Source: Strigamia acuminata (lineage: Eukaryota). From it: 64,000 bases of DNA. The notes below the pieces were generated by a model. It was not told where the DNA came from. It worked only from the letters and a program-made list of their open reading frames with translations, and made no database searches. Below are positions 53,432 to 64,000 of the stretch, in pieces. Every line of letters begins with the position of its first letter. Position 1 is the stretch's first letter. The stretch covers positions 2,852,001-2,916,000 of the forward strand of contig OX442314.1 of NCBI GenBank assembly GCA_949358305.1, in the 5' to 3' direction. The position numbers and the translations under genes were made by a program.

Positions 53432-55284
53432 AAAAAAAAAACACAAAGAAAGAAATAAAGAAAAATCAAAATTTGTCTCTCCAATTTTTCTGTGCATTTA
53501 TTTGTTTCGTTTTTAGGCCAAAAAATTCACTTTAAGGCCAAAAAAACTCACTTTTAGGCAAAAAAAAACCTCACAAAAAATAAATTTTTAGACAAGTCTG
53601 AAAATGTATTTTTTTTTGTCTGAAAATCCATTTTTTTTTGTCTGAAAATGCATTTTTTTGTTGTCTGAAAATGCATTTTTTTTGTCTGAAAATGATTGTG
53701 CAATCACATTCTTACAATCAAAAATGCGTTTTGTAACAAACGTTACGTTACGTCACGTCACTTCACGGGCACGTTAGTTTAAGGGCACATTAGGTTAAGG
53801 GCACATTAGGTTAGGTTAAGGCCCGTTAGGTTAAGGGCACATTAGGTTAGGTCAAGGCACGTTAGGTTAAGGGCACGTTAGGTTAGGTTAAGGCACGTTA
53901 GGTTAGGTTAAGGCACGTTAGGTTAGGTTAAGGCACGTTAGGTTAAGGGCACATTGGGTTAGGTTAAGGCACGTTAGGTTAGGTTAAGGCACGTTAGGTT
54001 AAGGGCACATTAGATTACGATTTTGTTCAAAAAGTCAAAATTTATCAAAAAAATTGATAATTTGGCCGACATTTATCAAAAAAATTGATAATTCGGCCGA
54101 CATTTATCAAAAAAATTGATAATTCGGCCGACATTTATCAAAAAAATTTTGAATTTGGTCAAAATTTATTTATTTATTCCAAAAACTGAGTATTTGGTCA
54201 AAATTTATTTATTCCAAAAATTGAGTATTTGGTCAAAATTTATGTATCAAAAAAATTTTGAATTTGGTCAAAATTTATTTATTCCAAAAAGTGAGTATTG
54301 GGTCAAAATTTATTTATTCATTCAAAAAATTGAGAATTTGGTTAAAATTTATTTATTCATTCAAAAAATTGAGAATTTGGTCAAAATTTATTTATTTATT
54401 CATTCAAAAAATTGAGAATTTGGTCAAAATTCGGAGGAAATTTACAAAACAGTTTAAAATTTACAAAAACCGTTTGAAATTTTATCAATGTCATCAAAAA
54501 TCGCAATTCATCAAAATCTTATCTCAAACACTCGAAATTGAGCAATAAAATTGAGAATTTGGTCAAAATTAAACAAATTCGGAAAAAATTTGCAAAAACC
54601 GTTTGAAATTCGTTCGCAATTCATCCAAAAAATGAAGAATTTGGTCTCAAATTTGAGGAATAATTATTCGAAAATTCAAAGAAATTGAGAATGTGGTCAA
54701 ATATTACTCAAAAATAATCAAAACAACATTCAAATTCAAATTCAAGTTGGTGTTTATTAACAGTCAATACAACTTAACCGACGGCAGAATTCACTCGTTG
54801 TTTCAAACCAATTCAAAGTACAATCCGATTCGTTCGTTGAAATCACGAAATTCGACAAAATGGCTCCTCGCCTCGCCTCGCCTCGCCTCGCCTCGCCTCG
54901 CTCGAGCTCTTCACCCGATCAGCTCATATCATGTAATGGCACCATCCTGTGCTCACAACAACCTTAAATACACTACACTATATATACCTAGGTAAATACA
55001 GACCTATACTTATATAATAATATACACTTTTATACCTAACTACAAAAAAGTAGGCTTAACAACAACATGCATTTCAATGGGAATCTGGGAACAAGTAGCG
55101 AATATGACGTCGAAAATTGCGCTCCATCATCCGAGATCATCACCTCAGCTTTGAGAATAACTAACAGCTAAAATCGTTGAAATTTTCAAATTTTCAAACT
55201 CTATCAGCCAATAGGACGAACGTTTCTAATTCCAACTTTCCTCTCTCGCCTACAACCGATCGACCGCAAATCAAGAAAATCGCC

Positions 55285-57107
55285 ATGGCTGCAGCACGAA
55301 CAACGAACGGTATTAGAAACATTTGGACAAGGCATACGCACCTCAAGGTAAGGAAAACACCGTTTTAGCACTTCTCGAGAGAGATACGAAACCGGTACTG
55401 TATATTTTTGCTCAAGAAAATGGTAAATAAAAAGTTAAATCCTATTTGGCACATTTTGTTTCGATCGGGGCCCCAAAAAATGGCTTTGAAATGACATGTT
55501 CGCAACATTTCTAAGCAAAACAAATGCATTTGCAGGCGGGCAAATGCATTTGCATGGGAAATAAATTTATTTTGAGCTTGGAAAAATGTGTTTTCACGCA
55601 AAATGATGCATTTGTATGTGAAATAATTTTATTTTGAGCTGAAAAAATGTGTTTTTACGCAAAACAAAGCATTTGCATGGAAAATAATTTTATTTTGAGT
55701 TGAAAAAATAGTGTTTTCACGCAAAACAATGCATTTGTATGGGAAATAATTTTATTTTGAGCCGAAAAAAATGTGTTTTTATGCAAAACAGTGCATTTGT
55801 ATGGGAAATAATTTTATTTTGGGCCAAAAAAAATGTGTTTTTATGCAAAACAATGCATTTTCAGACAATTTCAAAATTAAAAAGTTGAAGAAATTTAAAT
55901 CTTGTATTTGCATTTAGGAAGCCAGAGCCTGCGTCGCCTGACTCCGTACGAGAAACACTTTTTAGCCAAACGCCTCCCGTTGAACTTCCCCATCACCACC
56001 GCCATCAGGTTCGTGACGGACGACATCTACTGGCAAAAACGATGCCTCAACCTGTGGGAGATCTGCGACTTGACGCGCTACTACGGCTCCTGGAAAGTGA
56101 TGTGTCTGCAACGCACCATCGAGCAGCTCATCGAGGAATACGTGTCGGACGGCGCCGAGGAACAGCTCAAACAGCTCAAATCGCTCATCGTGGCCGCCAA
56201 CAAATTCATCAAACGCCTCACCGTCGGCCACCTCAACGCCGTGTCCACCATCGACGAAGCCAAGCGATTGACGCAGGAAGAATACCGGCTGAGCTTCGAG
56301 TCCATCTTGGCCAACCTGCCGCACTTGGAGGAGCTCAGCGTGACGTATTGCCCGAACAAATGCGGCCAGGACTTCGACTGGTTCATGTCGCGACTCACGT
56401 ACGACGAGGTCAAGTCGCTGAGCGCCGCCATCATGCCGTGCTACAACCTGCGCGTGTTTGAGCTGCACAAGAGCGAGCTGGACTGCGTCAAGATCAATTT
56501 GCTCATCCAGGGCTTGATGCATTTGCCGGCGCTCGAGTCGTTGCTGCTGCCGCACAACTTGATCGGCGACAAGGGCGCCTTTTGCATCGCCAAACTGCTC
56601 TCGTCGTCGCCGAAGCTCGCCCGCTTGAACCTCACGAACAATCAGATCGGGCCGGTCGGCGCCGAGGCGATCGCGTTTGTGCTCACAAAGAATAACTCGT
56701 TGAAGGAACTCGGGCTGCGACTGAATACGCTGCAGGAGAAGGGCTGCACGGCCCTGCTGCGCGCCATGGCCGTGAACAAGGGGCTGCAGAAGCTGAATTT
56801 GGCGTCGAACCAGATGGGGGAGAAGTCGGCCGAGATTGGCGGCCAAATACTCCGGTTTAATCGCACGCTCACGGAACTGGATTTCTCCTGCAATCTCGAT
56901 ATAGGAATGGTAATTGATTAATTTAAAAATTTAAAAATTATTAAATGTTTTTTTAACATTTCCAAGGTGGGTGGTGTGGACATTTTCGAAGGACTCGAGA
57001 AGAACAGCACGCTCGTCGAGATGGATTTGCGCTGGTGCAATTGCGGCCGCGAAACTGAATATTACGTTGATCAGCTTTTGAAGAACAACCGCAATAAATG
57101 TCATTGA
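55285..57107 (+). CDS. TCTE1: Truncated DRC5 paralog, copy 5
   Basis: Same structure as copy 2. Confidence 0.65.
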
Positions 57108-58955
57108 AAAAAAAAAACACAAAGAAAGAAATAAAGAAAAATCAAAATTTGTCTCTCCAATTTTTCTGTGCATTTATTTGTTTCGTTTTTAGGCCAAAAA
57201 ATTCACTTTAAGGCCAAAAAAACTCACTTTTAGGCAAAAAAAAACCTCACAAAAAATAAATTTTTAGACAAGTCTGAAAATGTATTTTTTTTTGTCTGAA
57301 AATCCATTTTTTTTTGTCTGAAAATGCATTTTTTTGTTGTCTGAAAATGCATTTTTTTTGTCTGAAAATGATTGTGCAATCACATTCTTACAATCAAAAA
57401 TGCGTTTTGTAACAAACGTTACGTTACGTCACGTCACTTCACGGGCACGTTAGTTTAAGGGCACATTAGGTTAAGGGCACATTAGGTTAGGTTAAGGCCC
57501 GTTAGGTTAAGGGCACATTAGGTTAGGTCAAGGCACGTTAGGTTAAGGGCACGTTAGGTTAGGTTAAGGCACGTTAGGTTAGGTTAAGGCACGTTAGGTT
57601 AGGTTAAGGCACGTTAGGTTAAGGGCACATTGGGTTAGGTTAAGGCACGTTAGGTTAGGTTAAGGCACGTTAGGTTAAGGGCACATTAGATTACGATTTT
57701 GTTCAAAAAGTCAAAATTTATCAAAAAAATTGATAATTTGGCCGACATTTATCAAAAAAATTGATAATTCGGCCGACATTTATCAAAAAAATTGATAATT
57801 CGGCCGACATTTATCAAAAAAATTTTGAATTTGGTCAAAATTTATTTATTTATTCCAAAAACTGAGTATTTGGTCAAAATTTATTTATTCCAAAAATTGA
57901 GTATTTGGTCAAAATTTATGTATCAAAAAAATTTTGAATTTGGTCAAAATTTATTTATTCCAAAAAGTGAGTATTGGGTCAAAATTTATTTATTCATTCA
58001 AAAAATTGAGAATTTGGTTAAAATTTATTTATTCATTCAAAAAATTGAGAATTTGGTCAAAATTTATTTATTTATTCATTCAAAAAATTGAGAATTTGGT
58101 CAAAATTCGGAGGAAATTTACAAAACAGTTTAAAATTTACAAAAACCGTTTGAAATTTTATCAATGTCATCAAAAATCGCAATTCATCAAAATCTTATCT
58201 CAAACACTCGAAATTGAGCAATAAAATTGAGAATTTGGTCAAAATTAAACAAATTCGGAAAAAATTTGCAAAAACCGTTTGAAATTCGTTCGCAATTCAT
58301 CCAAAAAATGAAGAATTTGGTCTCAAATTTGAGGAATAATTATTCGAAAATTCAAAGAAATTGAGAATGTGGTCAAATATTACTCAAAAATAATCAAAAC
58401 AACATTCAAATTCAAATTCAAGTTGGTGTTTATTAACAGTCAATACAACTTAACCGACGGCAGAATTCACTCGTTGTTTCAAACCAATTCAAAGTACAAT
58501 CCGATTCGTTCGTTGAAATCACGAAATTCGACAAAATGGCTCCTCGCCTCGCCTCGCCTCGCCTCGCCTCGCTCGAGCTCTTCACCCGATCAGCTCATAT
58601 CATGTAATGGCACCATCCTGTGCTCACAACAACCTTAAATACACTACACTATATATACCTAGGTAAATACAGACCTATACTTATATAATAATATACACTT
58701 TTATACCTAACTACAAAAAAGTAGGCTTAACAACAACATGCATTTCAATGGGAATCTGGGAACAAGTAGCGAATATGACGTCGAAAATTGCGCTCCATCA
58801 TCCGAGATCATCACCTCAGCTTTGAGAATAACTAACAGCTAAAATCGTTGAAATTTTCAAATTTTCAAACTCTATCAGCCAATAGGACGAACGTTTCTAA
58901 TTCCAACTTTCCTCTCTCGCCTACAACCGATCGACCGCAAATCAAGAAAATCGCC

Positions 58956-60778
58956 ATGGCTGCAGCACGAACAACGAACGGTATTAGAAACATTTGGACA
59001 AGGCATACGCACCTCAAGGTAAGGAAAACACCGTTTTAGCACTTCTCGAGAGAGATACGAAACCGGTACTGTATATTTTTGCTCAAGAAAATGGTAAATA
59101 AAAAGTTAAATCCTATTTGGCACATTTTGTTTCGATCGGGGCCCCAAAAAATGGCTTTGAAATGACATGTTCGCAACATTTCTAAGCAAAACAAATGCAT
59201 TTGCAGGCGGGCAAATGCATTTGCATGGGAAATAAATTTATTTTGAGCTTGGAAAAATGTGTTTTCACGCAAAATGATGCATTTGTATGTGAAATAATTT
59301 TATTTTGAGCTGAAAAAATGTGTTTTTACGCAAAACAAAGCATTTGCATGGAAAATAATTTTATTTTGAGTTGAAAAAATAGTGTTTTCACGCAAAACAA
59401 TGCATTTGTATGGGAAATAATTTTATTTTGAGCCGAAAAAAATGTGTTTTTATGCAAAACAGTGCATTTGTATGGGAAATAATTTTATTTTGGGCCAAAA
59501 AAAATGTGTTTTTATGCAAAACAATGCATTTTCAGACAATTTCAAAATTAAAAAGTTGAAGAAATTTAAATCTTGTATTTGCATTTAGGAAGCCAGAGCC
59601 TGCGTCGCCTGACTCCGTACGAGAAACACTTTTTAGCCAAACGCCTCCCGTTGAACTTCCCCATCACCACCGCCATCAGGTTCGTGACGGACGACATCTA
59701 CTGGCAAAAACGATGCCTCAACCTGTGGGAGATCTGCGACTTGACGCGCTACTACGGCTCCTGGAAAGTGATGTGTCTGCAACGCACCATCGAGCAGCTC
59801 ATCGAGGAATACGTGCCGGACGGCGCCGAGGAACAGCTCAAACAGCTCAAATCGCTCATCGTGGCCGCCAACAAATTCATCAAACGCCTCACCGTCGGCC
59901 ACCTCAACGCCGTGTCCACCATCGACGAAGCCAAGCGATTGACGCAGGAAGAATACCGGCTGAGCTTCGAGTCCATCTTGGCCAACCTGCCGCACTTGGA
60001 GGAGCTCAGCGTGACGTATTGCCCGAACAAATGCGGCCAGGACTTCGACTGGTTCATGTCGCGACTCACGTACGACGAGGTCAAGTCGCTGAGCGCCGCC
60101 ATCATGCCGTGCTACAACCTGCGCGTGTTTGAGCTGCACAAGAGCGAGCTGGACTGCGTCAAGATCAATTTGCTCATCCAGGGCTTGATGCATTTGCCGG
60201 CGCTCGAGTCGTTGCTGCTGCCGCACAACTTGATCGGCGACAAGGGCGCCTTTTGCATCGCCAAACTGCTCTCGTCGTCGCCGAAGCTCGCCCGCTTGAA
60301 CCTCACGAACAATCAGATCGGGCCGGTCGGCGCCGAGGCGATCGCGTTTGTGCTCACAAAGAATAACTCGTTGAAGGAACTCGGGCTGCGACTGAATACG
60401 CTGCAGGAGAAGGGCTGCACGGCCCTGCTGCGCGCCATGGCCGTGAACAAGGGGCTGCAGAAGCTGAATTTGGCGTCGAACCAGATGGGGGAGAAGTCGG
60501 CCGAGATTGGCGGCCAAATACTCCGGTTTAATCGCACGCTCACGGAACTGGATTTCTCCTGCAATCTCGATATAGGAATGGTAATTGATTAATTTAAAAA
60601 TTTAAAAATTATTAAATGTTTTTTTAACATTTCCAAGGTGGGTGGTGTGGACATTTTCGAAGGACTCGAGAAGAACAGCACGCTCGTCGAGATGGATTTG
60701 CGCTGGTGCAATTGCGGCCGCGAAACTGAATATTACGTTGATCAGCTTTTGAAGAACAACCGCAATAAATGTCATTGA
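58956..60778 (+). CDS. TCTE1: Truncated DRC5 paralog, copy 6 (carries the parent-type YVPDG)
   Basis: Same structure; Pro instead of Ser at the variable codon. Confidence 0.65.
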
Positions 60779-62605
60779 AAAAAAAAAACACAAAGAAAGA
60801 AATAAAGAAAAATCAAAATTTGTCTCTCCAATTTTTCTGTGCATTTATTTGTTTCGTTTTTAGGCCAAAAAATTCACTTTAAGGCCAAAAAAACTCACTT
60901 TTAGGCAAAAAAAAACCTCACAAAAAATAAATTTTTAGACAAGTCTGAAAATGTATTTTTTTTTGTCTGAAAATCCATTTTTTTGTTGTCTGAAAATGCA
61001 TTTTTTTTGTCTGAAAATGATTGTGCAATCACATTCTTACAATCAAAAATGCGTTTTGTAACAAACGTTACGTTACGTCACGTCACTTCACGGGCACGTT
61101 AGTTTAAGGGCACATTAGGTTAAGGGCACATTAGGTTAGGTTAAGGCCCGTTAGGTTAAGGGCACATTAGGTTAGGTCAAGGCACGTTAGGTTAAGGGCA
61201 CGTTAGGTTAGGTTAAGGCACGTTAGGTTAGGTTAAGGCACGTTAGGTTAGGTTAAGGCACGTTAGGTTAAGGGCACATTGGGTTAGGTTAAGGCACGTT
61301 AGGTTAGGTTAAGGCACGTTAGGTTAAGGGCACATTAGATTACGATTTTGTTCAAAAAGTCAAAATTTATCAAAAAAATTGATAATTTGGCCGACATTTA
61401 TCAAAAAAATTGATAATTCGGCCGACATTTATCAAAAAAATTGATAATTCGGCCGACATTTATCAAAAAAATTTTGAATTTGGTCAAAATTTATTTATTT
61501 ATTCCAAAAACTGAGTATTTGGTCAAAATTTATTTATTCCAAAAATTGAGTATTTGGTCAAAATTTATGTATCAAAAAAATTTTGAATTTGGTCAAAATT
61601 TATTTATTCCAAAAAGTGAGTATTGGGTCAAAATTTATTTATTCATTCAAAAAATTGAGAATTTGGTTAAAATTTATTTATTCATTCAAAAAATTGAGAA
61701 TTTGGTCAAAATTTATTTATTTATTCATTCAAAAAATTGAGAATTTGGTCAAAATTCGGAGGAAATTTACAAAACAGTTTAAAATTTACAAAAACCGTTT
61801 GAAATTTTATCAATGTCATCAAAAATCGCAATTCATCAAAATCTTATCTCAAACACTCGAAATTGAGCAATAAAATTGAGAATTTGGTCAAAATTAAACA
61901 AATTCGGAAAAAATTTGCAAAAACCGTTTGAAATTCGTTCGCAATTCATCCAAAAAATGAAGAATTTGGTCTCAAATTTGAGGAATAATTATTCGAAAAT
62001 TCAAAGAAATTGAGAATGTGGTCAAATATTACTCAAAAATAATCAAAACAACATTCAAATTCAAATTCAAGTTGGTGTTTATTAACAGTCAATACAACTT
62101 AACCGACGGCAGAATTCACTCGTTGTTTCAAACCAATTCAAAGTACAATCCGATTCGTTCGTTGAAATCACGAAATTCGACAAAATGGCTCCTCGCCTCG
62201 CCTCGCCTCGCCTCGCCTCGCTCGAAGCTCTTCACCCGATCAGCTCATATCATGTAATGGCACCATCCTGTGCTCACAACAACCTTAAATACACTACACT
62301 ATATATACCTAGGTAAATACAGACCTATACTTATATAATAATATACACTTTTATACCTAACTACAAAAAAGTAGGCTTAACAACAACATGCATTTCAATG
62401 GGAATCTGGGAACAAGTAGCGAATATGACGTCGAAAATTGCGCTCCATCATCCGAGATCATCACCTCAGCTTTGAGAATAACTAACAGCTAAAATCGTTG
62501 AAATTTTCAAATTTTCAAACTCTATCAGCCAATAGGACGAACGTTTCTAATTCCAACTTTCCTCTCTCGCCTACAACCGATCGACCGCAAATCAAGAAAA
62601 TCGCC

Positions 62606-64000
62606 ATGGCTGCAGCACGAACAACGAACGGTATTAGAAACATTTGGACAAGGCATACGCACCTCAAGGTAAGGAAAACACCGTTTTAGCACTTCTCGAG
62701 AGAGATACGAAACCGGTACTGTATATTTTTGCTCAAGAAAATGGTAAATAAAAAGTTAAATCCTATTTGGCACATTTTGTTTCGATCGGGGCCCCAAAAA
62801 ATGGCTTTGAAATGACATGTTCGCAACATTTCTAAGCAAAACAAATGCATTTGCAGGCGGGCAAATGCATTTGCATGGGAAATAAATTTATTTTGAGCTT
62901 GGAAAAATGTGTTTTCACGCAAAATGATGCATTTGTATGTGAAATAATTTTATTTTGAGCTGAAAAAATGTGTTTTTACGCAAAACAAAGCATTTGCATG
63001 GAAAATAATTTTATTTTGAGTTGAAAAAATAGTGTTTTCACGCAAAACAATGCATTTGTATGGGAAATAATTTTATTTTGAGCCGAAAAAAATGTGTTTT
63101 TATGCAAAACAGTGCATTTGTATGGGAAATAATTTTATTTTGGGCCAAAAAAAATGTGTTTTTATGCAAAACAATGCATTTTCAGACAATTTCAAAATTA
63201 AAAAGTTGAAGAAATTTAAATCTTGTATTTGCATTTAGGAAGCCAGAGCCTGCGTCGCCTGACTCCGTACGAGAAACACTTTTTAGCCAAACGCCTCCCG
63301 TTGAACTTCCCCATCACCACCGCCATCAGGTTCGTGACGGACGACATCTACTGGCAAAAACGATGCCTCAACCTGTGGGAGATCTGCGACTTGACGCGCT
63401 ACTACGGCTCCTGGAAAGTGATGTGTCTGCAACGCACCATCGAGCAGCTCATCGAGGAATACGTGTCGGACGGCGCCGAGGAACAGCTCAAACAGCTCAA
63501 ATCGCTCATCGTGGCCGCCAACAAATTCATCAAACGCCTCACCGTCGGCCACCTCAACGCCGTGTCCACCATCGACGAAGCCAAGCGATTGACGCAGGAA
63601 GAATACCGGCTGAGCTTCGAGTCCATCTTGGCCAACCTGCCGCACTTGGAGGAGCTCAGCGTGACGTATTGCCCGAACAAATGCGGCCAGGACTTCGACT
63701 GGTTCATGTCGCGACTCACGTACGACGAGGTCAAGTCGCTGAGCGCCGCCATCATGCCGTGCTACAACCTGCGCGTGTTTGAGCTGCACAAGAGCGAGCT
63801 GGACTGCGTCAAGATCAATTTGCTCATCCAGGGCTTGATGCATTTGCCGGCGCTCGAGTCGTTGCTGCTGCCGCACAACTTGATCGGCGACAAGGGCGCC
63901 TTTTGCATCGCCAAACTGCTCTCGTCGTCGCCGAAGCTCGCCCGCTTGAACCTCACGAACAATCAGATCGGGCCGGTCGGCGCCGAGGCGATCGCGTTTG
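62606..64000 (+). CDS. TCTE1: Truncated DRC5 paralog, copy 7 (cut by the window end)
   Basis: New exon at 62606; exon 3 starts at about 63239 and is open to the window edge. Confidence 0.6.

Larger units (their letters stand above)
41198..64000 (+). repeat. Tandem array of a ~3676-bp unit carrying DRC5 exons 3-4 (parent plus at least 6 further copies; continues past the window end)
   Basis: Homologous ORF starts at 41198, 44874, 48550, 52226, 55902, 59573 and about 63223 (spacings 3676 x4, 3671, 3650). Confidence 0.97.

Overview
Eukaryotic (invertebrate, probably arthropod) genomic DNA with AT-rich, minisatellite-filled introns and GC-rich exons. 1-7600: a minus-strand DIRS1-type tyrosine-recombinase retrotransposon (Gag, RT/RNase H/methyltransferase-like, YR, ITR/ICR ends). 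It is interrupted by a young non-autonomous LTR element that encodes only Gag, protease and an acidic tail. 8065-16994: two tandem GH13-family genes, a secreted alpha-glucosidase and an SLC3/rBAT-like heavy chain. 17-31 kb: a transposon graveyard with a Tc1/mariner deletion derivative, MITEs, a copia remnant and a Mutator-like remnant that carries an intact Mag-like Gypsy element. 30966-39014: exportin-5 (minus strand), head-to-head with TCTE1/DRC5 (39364-42403), which has an RFX X-box. From about 41.2 kb to the window end: a near-identical 3.68-kb tandem array. Each unit predicts an N-terminally truncated DRC5 with a newly created start codon. The best candidates for novelty are this amplified truncated-DRC5 array, a predicted intron switch between Gag-only and Gag-Pol in the DIRS element, and the ~10.5-bp-phased A/T-tract intron arrays. 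All calls come from reading the sequence; no database searches were run, and exon boundaries are manual.
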